From Lentisphaeria bacterium (GTDB lineage: Bacteria > Verrucomicrobiota > Lentisphaeria > JABSQK01 > JAWLHB01), in the NCBI GenBank assembly GCA_041690595.1, contig JAWLHB010000004.1, positions 186,001-250,000 of the forward strand: a DNA stretch of 64,000 nucleotides. Reading direction: 5' to 3'. How positions within the stretch are numbered: position 1 is the stretch's first letter; every line of letters starts with the position of its first letter. The translations under genes and the position numbers were made by a program. This document shows, piece after piece, positions 29,801 to 37,677 of the stretch. The notes beneath the pieces were generated by a model. The model saw only the letters and a program-made list of their open reading frames with translations. It did not search any database and was not told the DNA's origin.

Positions 29801-32495
29801 TGGCGCCGCCGATGAGCATGTTGGTGAAATCATCGGCCTGGGTTTGCGCCTGGGCGACCACGTCGGCCGGCCACTTGTCGGGCTGAAGGAGGGGGGCAAG
29901 GACGGAACCGACGGCGCGTTCGGAGAGATTGAGATCGTAGAGATAACCGCTGCTGTTCTTGAAGTTGGCGGTGACCGGCTTGATGTGGGTGAGAATGAAA
30001 GCCAACTGGTGGACGGGTTGCAGGGCGCCGGGCTCCTGGATCGGCAGACCGACGGCCTGAACGATGTTGGAGTGCACGTTGAACTGCTGGTGTGGCGGTC
30101 GCGCGGCCTGAATGGGCAGGAGGGCGGTCAACCATCCGGCGGCGGCATCGCGATGACCACTGCGCGTATAATGGCCATAGATCTGAGCTTCGGCATAGGG
30201 ATCGACTTTTCCGGTCGCCTGCTCCTGCTGCAGCCAGAGCTGCCAGAGCTTGTCCGTGAGGGCCGCGGGAATCGGCGTCTTCTCGCCGGATGCATGATAG
30301 AGCCGGTCGATGCTGGTACGCACCAGCGGCCAGTCCGTGGGCTTATAATCGGGCATGAGAACCGCCTTGGCAAAAAGGTCGATGAAAGCGGTCCGCGACT
30401 GGTCCCAGTTGCTCCAGTTATGCATGAGATAGCGAACGATATTCTCGCTGCCGATCTGGGGCCACATCGCCTCGGGGAAGAGGACGCTGGTGTCGTTGTT
30501 GGGATTGCGTGCGTGGGCAAGATTGAACCACCATGAGTCCGTGACTGGCGTCTTGGCCGCGGTCAGTTCAGGGAGGTAGAGCTTGCCGGCTTCGTAGATC
30601 CAGTCATAGATGCCGTGTTCGCGAAGGCGCTGGACGATGGCACGGGTGGTGGTGCCCGCCTGAAGGCGGGGGAGCAACTGCTCGGCCAGGCGCCGCATGG
30701 CATCGTTGTCGGGATGGCAGATGGAGTAGTAGTCGCTGATAACGGCGAGGGCGACGGCATCGTCGATGGTCTTGCATTGCTCCTGACCGCCGGGGAGCTT
30801 GCCGGTATTCGAGGCGAGCATGTTGCGGATAAGGGTGTGGGCGGCGCCGCGGTCGGAGCGATCGAGCGGGACGATGGAGGTGTGGGCGGACATGATGGGG
30901 TTGCTGCCGATGTCATCCCTGTCAACGGTGGCCTTGAAGGTAGTGAAGGCGGGATTCTCATTCCATTCCTTGTTATTGTCCATGCGCTCTATGAGAGCGT
31001 CGAGGGGGCGGCTGGCGCCGGCCTTGGCGTGGAAGTCGGCGAGGAGGGCGAGTTGCTCTTCGGGTGTGAAGAGCTTGGAGGCGATGAAATTGCTGAAGAG
31101 GTGATCACGGTTGAAGTTGCCGGGATTGCCATGCATGTACCAGGTGGCGGCCTGGAGGAGCAGTTCCTTTTTCTCGTACTGATTGAAGAGCGGCATCAGG
31201 TGGGCGTACATGTCGCGGATCTGTGGCATGCTCTTGCCTTCGCTCCAGGCTTTGAGCTGGGTGTCGATCTGCTTGCCCTCGGTATCGCGGATCAGTTGTT
31301 CGAGAGGGTATTGCCAAAGCTCGCTGATGTGGGTGGTGAGAAACCTCTGGCGTTCCGGGACTTCGGGCTTGAGGTAGTAGATAATGGCATGACGCAGCCA
31401 GTGATCGAGGGCGGCCGGTGGCTCGCCGGCATACTTCTGGAGCAGCAGTTCCAACTTGACGACGATGTCGGCGGGAGGAACCAGAGGTTTGTCGGGGATG
31501 GCAAAGACCTGCGGGGATTCGAGTATGATGCGCAGGAAGTTGGCGTAATCGTCGCGCACCTTGCTGTCGCGGAAGAGCGGCTCGAAGGCGAGGTAGCGGC
31601 GTCCTTCGCGGAGCTTCTTGTCATCGGTATCCAGATTGCGCAGGAGAGCGAAGCGATGCAGCGGATCCCAGTTCATGGGCTGATCGATGTTGGACTGTAT
31701 CTTGAGAAGCGCATCGACGGCACTGTCAGCGGAGAGCTGGGACTCGGCGCTGCGGAAGATGTGGGCGATATACCCCCAGTGCGTACCCTGATCGATAAGC
31801 ATGGCATTGAGCGCCTTCACAAAGCGGTCGTTGTCGCGACCGAGGAGGAAGTTGTTGGCACCATTGTAGAGGCTGGCGTGAACAGCATTCAACTGGTCGG
31901 GCTGCTGAAAGTGGGTCAGCAGAAGCGAGGCTACCTTGATGGCGTTCTCACCATCGGCGGTCTGAAAGAGACGTTCGAGGAGTTGATATCCGGCGCGCCA
32001 GGTGCCATCATCGGCGCCGTGAAGCTGGAGAAACCGGGCATAGGCCTCTGGATAGGTGCCATGCTGCACAAGGAAAGACAGCGCTTCAAGCAGCGTATCG
32101 CCGTTCTCCTTGACGAGCTGGGTGTATTGGAAATAGCGTGACAGGGCCAGCTCGCGATTGCCCATGCGATCGGCGATGCGGGCGGCACGCAGAATCATGG
32201 CTGCATCCTGGGTTTCCCCCGTGAAGAGGAGGGATGCGATGCGCTGATTCGCGGTAACGTAGCGTCCCGCTGCCTCGGCGGCATCCAGAGAGAGCCGCAG
32301 GGCTTCGACGGGTGGCTGGCGCTTGGCGAGTTCCGCTGAGAGGACGGTATCGACTTGGTCGTACTTCTTTTCTTCGATGAGTTTGGCGGCATCTTCCAGC
32401 GGGCCGCCACTGGCCGGTTTGCCGGTGAGAAGGGCGAGGATCAACAGGGTAAAGGGGAACGTACGGAATAGGGGGTGCTTCCGCAAAATCATCAT
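23898..32495 (-). CDS. Giant (about 2,865 aa) exported protein: helical/TPR N-half, Ig-like repeats, discoidin-like and PA14 domains, C-terminal TPRs
   Basis: Uninterrupted ORF; GAGGG RBS; signal peptide; two SDDG PA14 motifs; D.DRD...LTET..HTGIF repeats; C-terminal YPD/WPE TPRs. Confidence 0.9.
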   Translation of the reverse strand: MMILRKHPLFRTFPFTLLILALLTGKPASGGPLEDAAKLIEEKKYDQVDTVLSAELAKRQPPVEALRLSLDAAEAAGRYVTANQRIASLLFTGETQDAAMILRAARIADRMGNRELALSRYFQYTQLVKENGDTLLEALSFLVQHGTYPEAYARFLQLHGADDGTWRAGYQLLERLFQTADGENAIKVASLLLTHFQQPDQLNAVHASLYNGANNFLLGRDNDRFVKALNAMLIDQGTHWGYIAHIFRSAESQLSADSAVDALLKIQSNIDQPMNWDPLHRFALLRNLDTDDKKLREGRRYLAFEPLFRDSKVRDDYANFLRIILESPQVFAIPDKPLVPPADIVVKLELLLQKYAGEPPAALDHWLRHAIIYYLKPEVPERQRFLTTHISELWQYPLEQLIRDTEGKQIDTQLKAWSEGKSMPQIRDMYAHLMPLFNQYEKKELLLQAATWYMHGNPGNFNRDHLFSNFIASKLFTPEEQLALLADFHAKAGASRPLDALIERMDNNKEWNENPAFTTFKATVDRDDIGSNPIMSAHTSIVPLDRSDRGAAHTLIRNMLASNTGKLPGGQEQCKTIDDAVALAVISDYYSICHPDNDAMRRLAEQLLPRLQAGTTTRAIVQRLREHGIYDWIYEAGKLYLPELTAAKTPVTDSWWFNLAHARNPNNDTSVLFPEAMWPQIGSENIVRYLMHNWSNWDQSRTAFIDLFAKAVLMPDYKPTDWPLVRTSIDRLYHASGEKTPIPAALTDKLWQLWLQQEQATGKVDPYAEAQIYGHYTRSGHRDAAAGWLTALLPIQAARPPHQQFNVHSNIVQAVGLPIQEPGALQPVHQLAFILTHIKPVTANFKNSSGYLYDLNLSERAVGSVLAPLLQPDKWPADVVAQAQTQADDFTNMLIGGANAWGHFVNFFQLAETRANQLMQTADWSRLAQVLNWYARNMKSNSNWDSNYHRYILPLHSALENVGAHELAFIFVDTLQKEGAPSDDILKQIAILKAKSSQHMLGVVTVNKNDPTYALQQAAFEYALGNEAKAWDLTSAKLKLLPEVWQSLDQIYIAWTIEQMRKQKLLDEALQFSFMVLLQENDLDPEVAAGVSLTKGDVYRDMENYQAARIEYQALMNNKRFTHTRAGFKAQFRLIELLILTKNYATAEQHLERLINIEDVRVQAEAYYLFAKLMFDQEQFKEADAFLNKVKERVVNHVEAAFLEGELNLRLPGGLQHTEVPVGNPRLSTVAIPGRDLTLKLQDSNLAVAREKGAIPVIIRTTRGDEESIKLLPSPTNRNLFSGVIATSLGAVQKNNLRLELAGDDIVSYVIAPDFQTANDIQYPPKELVVKSDARLVASSGEILSEEEEEQRRLQQRMLETRANRREQYYFRNPNTIRPGNPVHVQVRDFDRDITAEKDKIAVTLKTVSGDVLENFELTETGEHTGIFRGAVPTGIPFPKAIVSDTREDRDPSVMINSNKDGTWASLADGKKPKWVEVDTMTSAEVKQAWIEMPDVSTVKRVTLMGMLSDDYQPLASWPEERQYGGSGVVVEYAGTGGFATRFAARYSGYLRIPQDGDYTLYLTSDDGSMLYLDDKLAIDNDRLHGMEEKTARLQLTAGDHPLRLDYYQGDGGSGLMLHIAGPGLERQLVPESMLVHGDENARQPGLQAIYCRIEGTPASMPVIEELQPVITRVDAQINFPSTSDVWANLRSDTVRTLAKRVEPMVTFDWRRNGRPFPEGSDGQKEVKVTGRLRPRFSETYKLYVYSDDGIRLTVGGKTLIDEWRNSGHREAVGEVEMKAGELVDFVLESYDRNGDAILNLSWESPSQQKEWIPQGSLYLPGEGEPEEKLLPVEVTMAYNQNGHTADQISSYLRVAPTARWRQKGLTFNRNESPWPHQSWYTSQMRTAFYLPENRTIELRFTHTPPPHRWQYTWLFIDNEMVLGGYMDDNTIQRARRVALTKGVHTLRVLNRDHWGGSGLQVQFRQDDGTYGNLPDEWFNPQTYPELAEYLKPAAKLEIAENRLTADLINSRRLRRLRWVFEDFSTADISVKAFGIVNAKGEAIVPTAEDFTSAIDNRQLEIAPGDIVTVSYMDEKRLRDETPELTADLNSQYHNGSIAMANEEFYTDYNDVRMVRYQDARRCQIGDQVVVLIDEYDADVSDKRDTVPVTVTTSSGEKLELKALETMPNYGDEWHPHAGRFQAILKIGATTGGDTIGVKSGDVITVSYLDRENTSPGIPIERTYSMREGGSSKPEFVIYRTSTTLVEDDSPEALVKRDRLRKQYRDAILMTPRIVARHPDYTTGGVQPQEMIKEDGSVIVDVNAPLLLEVVYPNLARHAGSTMTLSVLAESEVQAATAEGRQPKPLDVPLHIFGIDELARIKGYKLQLQSSQRRDRNDMLTDGMFGGVLRLQVGSPGDVLDDLVVSGEKEFTTQEQRSDDEDGFYYRVPTLLVSGADTLRLSVKDDQGNDLNTQTVHLRSNGRIELLERTYVVQNRSIYLGESFYIKVTDPDRDHTNEQDAIEITLTAGTGDSITTTLTETLPHSGIFTGSVKPVFLGEGAGGQAPTPNLADDQLQVAFGDEVDIAYVDPLPLYSNEPGTVIEKARIHYGSDAQLASFSKSFKDPEMAVKTRFLMAEALFEMAKQNRTLKQEELAAQHIAEGKNILEEAMRDYPDTSLASQGEYLLANLAQELENYQEAIGRYSHVIRTWPESEYAARSQFKKALCLEKLENFDQACEEYVRLTYVYPDNSLVADAIIRLASHYYQQEKYGVAGKIFRNFQEKNSTHELAPKSLFLAGQCHIKEKDFETAALLLNKLISDYQDEKELRSEGMYWLGDSYYQMNEYAKSYQSFKKLTWDYPETQWAKYARGRLTDEQMIRVAEKEN

Positions 32496-32700
32496 GTATG
32501 CCCTCAAATCTTGTCTTGCTGGGTGTGGCGAAGCTATCCCCTCGTCAAAGCACGTATCAAGTCCGCCTTATCAGGGCAGATGAAGGGTGGGCGAAGGGTA
32601 GAATCTAAACGTATTGCGAAGGTATGGACACGGGCGAAAGGGGAGAGTTCCTGTGGAGCAGGATCGTTTGACGCAAAAAAGCAGGAGGAAACGGAGTGGT

Positions 32701-33942
32701 TCAGCGCGGGGTCTGGGGGAAGAGGAAGTGTCGGGCCAGGATCATGGCGTGAAGTTGATGCTGGGCTACATCGATGCGCAGAAGGGGCTCGGCCGGATGG
32801 TTGAGAAAGCCGCCAACGGCAATGGGCTCGCGAATGCGGAGGCCTTGCAGATAGTCATTCTCACGCGGCCCGCCAACCTGCCATGAGATCAGCTCATGGA
32901 GACCCTGGTCGATGGCCTGCCGCAGGAGCTCCGCGTCAGCGTCGGCGCCGGTGCGCCGGGCGAGTTCCCAGGAGACGACAAGGCCTTCGAAGGCGTAGGC
33001 GGTGTTGCGTTCGCGTTCGAGGACGCGGTGGCGCTGAAGCATCCATTTGCTCAGGTCAATGGCTGCCTTGGCCAGGCGCCCGTCCTCATCCCATCCGGCA
33101 TCATGAATCTCGAAAAAGGCCAGGCAGCCCCACTGGTAGAAGCTCTTGGTGGTTTCGCTGACCGGATCCTGCCGCAATGCAGCCACCACGTGTTCCCGCC
33201 ACATGGCGCCGGCGGATTCCAGGATGATCGGCTTGAGGGCGTCGAGCTTGAGAACGCGGGCGACGCGGATGAGCGCCAACAGGGATTCGCCATCGTAATA
33301 CGGACTAGGGAGCCCGCGGGGGGTGCCGTGGTCGGCATAGGTGTAGAAGGCATGAAAGAGGCCATTTTCCTGCCGCATGCGCATGAGAAAGGTGAGATAC
33401 TGACGGGCGTACTCCTTGTAGAGGTTCACTTCGCCGTCGCTCATCTGGTCGTCGGCGGCAATGGTTTCGATGTGGGCGAGGAGGAGGAGGGCGATGAGGC
33501 CGGTGCGCCCCATGCGTTCGTCCGGCATGGCGACCATTCGCCCCTTGTTGACCATGCTGACGGATGCGGTGACGAAATGGGCGAAGCCGGAGCGCAGAGC
33601 CTTCTGGGTGATCAGGCTCGGCTGGTAACGATGGGCCAGCGAGAGCCCCCACAAGGCGCCTGCCTGTCGGACGTGGTTGTTGTCGGCGGTCGGTTCGCGT
33701 GTCTCGATATTGTACTCGTAGAGAAAATCGCCCTCCTGCATCTGGTTGGCCAGCATGTACCTGACGGTGAGCGCGATGGAGGTGTCGAGCAGCTCGCGGG
33801 TGAGGCGCGGAGTGGCGACCGGCTCCAACCCGGGAATAGGGATCTCTTCTCCCTCCTGCGGCACATCGCCGGCAACGGCGAGAATCCCGACCAGCCACAG
33901 CACCATCCACCAGACCACCCTCTTTCTGCTTCTGCTTGACAT
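32701..33942 (-). CDS. Exported hypothetical protein, probable (alpha/alpha)-barrel enzyme
   Basis: Start MSSRSRKR plus hydrophobic segment; motifs G.FLY.Y, N.VRQAGALWGL, YYDGE..LAL, YQW, RIDVAQH. Confidence 0.55.
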   Translation of the reverse strand: MSSRSRKRVVWWMVLWLVGILAVAGDVPQEGEEIPIPGLEPVATPRLTRELLDTSIALTVRYMLANQMQEGDFLYEYNIETREPTADNNHVRQAGALWGLSLAHRYQPSLITQKALRSGFAHFVTASVSMVNKGRMVAMPDERMGRTGLIALLLLAHIETIAADDQMSDGEVNLYKEYARQYLTFLMRMRQENGLFHAFYTYADHGTPRGLPSPYYDGESLLALIRVARVLKLDALKPIILESAGAMWREHVVAALRQDPVSETTKSFYQWGCLAFFEIHDAGWDEDGRLAKAAIDLSKWMLQRHRVLERERNTAYAFEGLVVSWELARRTGADADAELLRQAIDQGLHELISWQVGGPRENDYLQGLRIREPIAVGGFLNHPAEPLLRIDVAQHQLHAMILARHFLFPQTPR

Positions 33943-34045
33943 GACTTTCCGCTTTCCCTGAATCTCTATTTCAACTACTCCCAGCCGTTCATCAAACAGT
34001 ATATAGTATAACCCCCAGCGCAACTTCGCGAATTGCCAGGTAACA

Positions 34046-34531
34046 ATGATACGTCTACTCGCCTTTTCCATGCTCATAGCTGTTGGCATCGCTTGCGCCG
34101 CGGAGCCGTTTCCGCGTCCGGTCGATCATGAAACGTTGAAAAGCGCGATCGCCGCCGCTGATGCGGATCTGGTCGTCGTCAATGTTTGGGCGACCTGGTG
34201 CATACCCTGTCGCGTGGAGTTTCCGCATTTCGTCAAGCTTCGCCAGGATTGGCGCGATAAGGGGGTGGAAGTTTACTTCGTTTCCGCGGACTTTCCGGAC
34301 GAGGTGGAGGCGACGCGCAAGTTTCTGAAGAAGCAGAAGGTGGATTGGCTCACCTTCATCAAGGACGGGAAGGATGCTCCCTTTATCGAGGCTCTGCACC
34401 CGAAGTGGAGTGGGGCGCTGCCCGCGACTTTTGTTTTCGATCGAACCGGCAAGCTGCTCGATTGGTGGGAGCAGGCGGTCGAGTATGATGAGTTGGAAGA
34501 GAAAGTGAAAAACCTGCTGCCCAAGCAGTAA
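34046..34531 (+). CDS. TlpA-like exported thiol-disulfide oxidoreductase
   Basis: Signal peptide; VVNVWATWCIPCRVEFP; ALPAT. Confidence 0.9.
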   Translation: MIRLLAFSMLIAVGIACAAEPFPRPVDHETLKSAIAAADADLVVVNVWATWCIPCRVEFPHFVKLRQDWRDKGVEVYFVSADFPDEVEATRKFLKKQKVDWLTFIKDGKDAPFIEALHPKWSGALPATFVFDRTGKLLDWWEQAVEYDELEEKVKNLLPKQ

Positions 34532-34561
34532 CCCAGAACCGTAACCCTGAGGAAAAGCACG

Positions 34562-35167
34562 ATGACCAGAATCACCCACCTCCTGACCGCACTTCTTACC
34601 ATTGGGCTTGCAGCCGGCCTTTTTGCGGAGGAGCTGGCAGTCGGCAGCACCATGCCGATGGCCGATTATGAAATGGCAAATGTAGATGATAAGAGCGTCA
34701 CCCTGGCAGGCATAAAGGGGGAGAATGGCATTGTCGTGGCCTTCTGGTGCAATCATTGCCCTTACGTGAAGCGGTGGCGCGCACGCTTTGTTGAACTCGC
34801 CGCCGACTATCAGCAGAAAGGTTTCGGCTTTGTTGCCGTCAACCCCAATGATCCGAAGAAATCGCCGGGAGACAGTATGGACGCGATGAAGAAGGAAGCG
34901 AAGGAGCACAACTTCGGTTTTCCGTATGTGATCGATGATGGCTCCAAGCTGGCCAAGCAATTCGGCGCCACGCACACCCCCCATATCTTTGTCTTCGACA
35001 AGACGGACAAGCTCGTCTATGTCGGCGCAATCGATGACAATTCAGCCGACGCGAACAAGGTGGAAGAGCGTTGGCTGAAGGATGCGCTCGATGCCCTGGC
35101 CGCCAACGAAGCCGTCAAGGTGCAGCGCAAGCCATCGATCGGCTGCACGATCAAATGGTACAATTGA
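34562..35167 (+). CDS. Exported thioredoxin/peroxiredoxin-like (AhpC/TSA) protein
   Basis: Signal peptide; FWCNHCPYV; FPY..D; GAT.TP; Y.GAIDD; C-terminal GCTIKW. Confidence 0.88.
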   Translation: MTRITHLLTALLTIGLAAGLFAEELAVGSTMPMADYEMANVDDKSVTLAGIKGENGIVVAFWCNHCPYVKRWRARFVELAADYQQKGFGFVAVNPNDPKKSPGDSMDAMKKEAKEHNFGFPYVIDDGSKLAKQFGATHTPHIFVFDKTDKLVYVGAIDDNSADANKVEERWLKDALDALAANEAVKVQRKPSIGCTIKWYN

Positions 35168-35194
35168 CCCGTGACCAATCCGGGAACCTTTTAT

Positions 35195-35298
35195 CCGGGC
35201 GGGATGTCTTAGTAAGCACTGACATCAGAGAAGCGGCTGCAAGCCGAAGCTCATAGTTCAGATCGGTTGCTGAGCCAGCAACCACATCTGCCGCCTGG
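35195..35298 (+). ncRNA. Candidate structured RNA (four-way junction), family unassigned
   Basis: Four mutually compatible stems found by eye in an intergenic region, immediately followed by a terminator; see findings. Confidence 0.4.
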
Positions 35299-35342
35299 CA
35301 CCGGCGCCCTGTACCACCAAGCAAGGGCGTCGGTGCTTTTTT
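35298..35342 (+). terminator. Intrinsic terminator
   Basis: 13-bp stem GCACCGGCGCCCT / AGGGCGTCGGTGC (one G-U) followed by TTTTTT. Confidence 0.75.
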
Positions 35343-35398
35343 CTGTACGTCAGCAGCCGGAACGACACGACGTCCTGCGTGCCGGCTCCTCCACGCTC

Positions 35399-36361
35399 TC
35401 AGCGTCGATGATAGTCGCGGTACCACTCGATGAAGCGGGGGATGCCTGCCTGGATCGGCGTGACCGGACGGAAACCGAGCTTCTGTTCGGCGCGGGAAAT
35501 ATCGGCATAGGTGGACTTTACGTCGCCTGGCTGCATAGGCAGGAGGTTGAGCTGTGGTTCTATCCCCAAAGCTTTGGCAAGCAGGCCGATCACTTCCATG
35601 AGTTCTTCCGGCTGGTTGTTACCCAGATTGAAAAGCTCGTACTGCTCCAGGCCATCCGCAAAGAGGCTGGCGGTGACTCCGGCGACGATGTCGTCGATAT
35701 AGGTGAAGTCACGCTGCATGTCTCCACGATTGAAGACATTGATCGGCTCACCGGCGAGCATGGCCTGGGCGAAGAGCCACATGGCCATGTCCGGCCTCCC
35801 CCACGGCCCGTAGACGGTGAAGAAGCGCAGCCCGATCGTCTGGAATCCATAGAGGTGGGTGTAGGCGTGTGCCATCAACTCGTTGGCCTTCTTGGTGGCG
35901 GCGTAGAGGCTGATCGGATGATCCACGGGATCCTCCTCGCTGAACGGAAGCTTGCGATTGCCGCCATAGACGCTCGAACTGGACGCATAGACCAGGCGCC
36001 GTACGCCCCCATGGCGGCACCCCTCCAGGATCCCGAGAAAGCCCTGCAGGTTTGCTTCCTGATATGCAAACGGGTGCTCCAGCGAGTAGCGCACCCCCGC
36101 CTGCGCGGCAAGATGGCAGACTCCATCAAAGCGCTCCGCCGCGAACAACTCCGCAATTCCCTTAACATCCGCCAGATCGATCTCGACCATCCGGAACCGC
36201 GGCAGGGAGTCCAACATTGCGGCTCGGGCCCGCTTCAGTTGAACGGAATAGTAGGTGTTGAAGTTGTCCACGCCGACTACATCATGCCCGTCCGCAAGGA
36301 GTTTGCGGGCAACCTGTGAACCAATGAAGCCGGCGGCGCCGGTAACCAGAATTTTCGCCAT
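35399..36361 (-). CDS. NAD-dependent epimerase, UDP-glucuronate 4-epimerase-like
   Basis: TGAAGFIG, HLAAQAGVRYS, YASSSSVYG, YAATKKANE, FFTVYGPWGRPDMA. Confidence 0.92.
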   Translation of the reverse strand: MAKILVTGAAGFIGSQVARKLLADGHDVVGVDNFNTYYSVQLKRARAAMLDSLPRFRMVEIDLADVKGIAELFAAERFDGVCHLAAQAGVRYSLEHPFAYQEANLQGFLGILEGCRHGGVRRLVYASSSSVYGGNRKLPFSEEDPVDHPISLYAATKKANELMAHAYTHLYGFQTIGLRFFTVYGPWGRPDMAMWLFAQAMLAGEPINVFNRGDMQRDFTYIDDIVAGVTASLFADGLEQYELFNLGNNQPEELMEVIGLLAKALGIEPQLNLLPMQPGDVKSTYADISRAEQKLGFRPVTPIQAGIPRFIEWYRDYHRR

Positions 36362-36392
36362 GACGGAACCTTATGTGGGGAGCAAGGAAATC

Positions 36393-37511
36393 CTAAGCGT
36401 TGCGGTAGAAGGTGGCGATGGTGTTCACCACGCATGTTGCCTGCTCGTCGGAGAGTTCCGGATAGATCGGCAGTGCCAGAGATTCCTTCGCGGCGCGCTC
36501 GCTGTGCGGGAACTCGCCGTCGCTGAAGCCCATGTCGCTGAAGCATTCCTGAAGATGTAAGGGAACCGGATAGTAGATGTCGCAACCGATGCCGTTAGCA
36601 AGGAGGTGTGCCTTCAACTGGTCCCGCTCCTTCACGCGGATCACGAACTGGTTGTAGATGTGCCGGCTGCAGCGGGCCTCCGGCAACACGACCGGATCGT
36701 CGGCCAGACCGGCGTCCGCCAGCAGGCGATGATAGCGTGCCGCGTTGGCGGCGCGCGCCTCGCTCCAGTTATCCAGATGCTTGAGCTTCACATCCACCAC
36801 GGCGGCCTGCAGCGCATCCAGGCGGAAGTTGGCGCCGACGTAAGGATGGTAGTACTTGGGCTCCATGCCGTGGACGCGCAGGATACGCGCGCGCTCGTAG
36901 CGCTCCGGGTCATCCGTCACGACCATGCCGGCGTCACCGGCGGCACCGAGATTCTTGCTCGGGAAGAAGGAGAAGCAGCCATATTCGCCGAAGGTGCCGG
37001 CGCGTTGCCCATGATCTTCCGCCCCAATGGCTTGGGCCGCATCTTCGATGATCGTCAGGTCATGCTTCTCCGCGATCTTGACGATCGCCTGCATGTCAGC
37101 GGTCTGACCGTAGAGGTGCACGGGCATGATGGCACGCGTGTTCTCGGTGATCGCGGCTTCAATGAGCGAAGCATCGATGTTGTAGGTGATCGGGTCGATA
37201 TCGACGGGAACGGGGGTGGCGCCTGTGCGAACGATGGATCCCCAGGTCGCGAAGAAGGTGTAGGGGGTGGTGATCACTTCGTCGCCCGGCCCGATCTGTT
37301 CGCTCATCAGGGCCAGGAGCAGGGCATCCGTGCCCGACGAGACGCCGATGCCATGGGCACTGCCGCAGTAGGCGGCGATATTGCGCTCGCAGGATTCCAC
37401 ATGCGGACCGAGGATGAACCACTGCGATTCGAAGATCTCCTTGACCACGGGTTCGATTTCGGCGCGAATGCCGGCGTACTGCGCCTGCAGGTCGAGCATG
37501 GGAACCTTCAT
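36393..37511 (-). CDS. DegT/DnrJ/EryC1/StrS family sugar aminotransferase
   Basis: [35 protein letters not shown]. Confidence 0.93.
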   Translation of the reverse strand: MKVPMLDLQAQYAGIRAEIEPVVKEIFESQWFILGPHVESCERNIAAYCGSAHGIGVSSGTDALLLALMSEQIGPGDEVITTPYTFFATWGSIVRTGATPVPVDIDPITYNIDASLIEAAITENTRAIMPVHLYGQTADMQAIVKIAEKHDLTIIEDAAQAIGAEDHGQRAGTFGEYGCFSFFPSKNLGAAGDAGMVVTDDPERYERARILRVHGMEPKYYHPYVGANFRLDALQAAVVDVKLKHLDNWSEARAANAARYHRLLADAGLADDPVVLPEARCSRHIYNQFVIRVKERDQLKAHLLANGIGCDIYYPVPLHLQECFSDMGFSDGEFPHSERAAKESLALPIYPELSDEQATCVVNTIATFYRNA

Positions 37512-37677
37512 CCTCTCTCCTCATCCTTGACGTATTCATGGTGTCGCGACATACGCGCCCGCGGTAGGCCGTTACAAACCGTGACTATACCTGCGCCTCG
37601 CCCTCGTGCAAATGTGTGCGCCTGAAAAAGCGAGCTCTGGTCATGAACCACCTGCCCCGGCTGCCGTTCGGTTCTCA

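Noticed and set aside
16368..32495. Calling the operon a Tol-Pal, Ton uptake or Agl-Glt gliding system outright
   Set aside because: No tolB, pal, TonB-dependent receptor or recognisable Glt outer-membrane or FHA components; the similarity is architectural only
34005..34016. AT-rich TATATAGTATA patch near 34001-34012 as a dif site or LexA box
   Set aside because: No XerD arm (TTATGTTAAAT-like) or CTGT-N8-ACAG match; more simply the -10 elements of a divergent promoter
35195..35342. Assignment of the structured element as 5S rRNA, 6S, SRP Alu domain, tRNA-Sec or ZTP riboswitch
   Set aside because: Only short resemblances (GCCGAA, GCCCTGTACC, GCCGCCTGG); size, junction topology and core motifs do not fit, and no downstream gene to regulate
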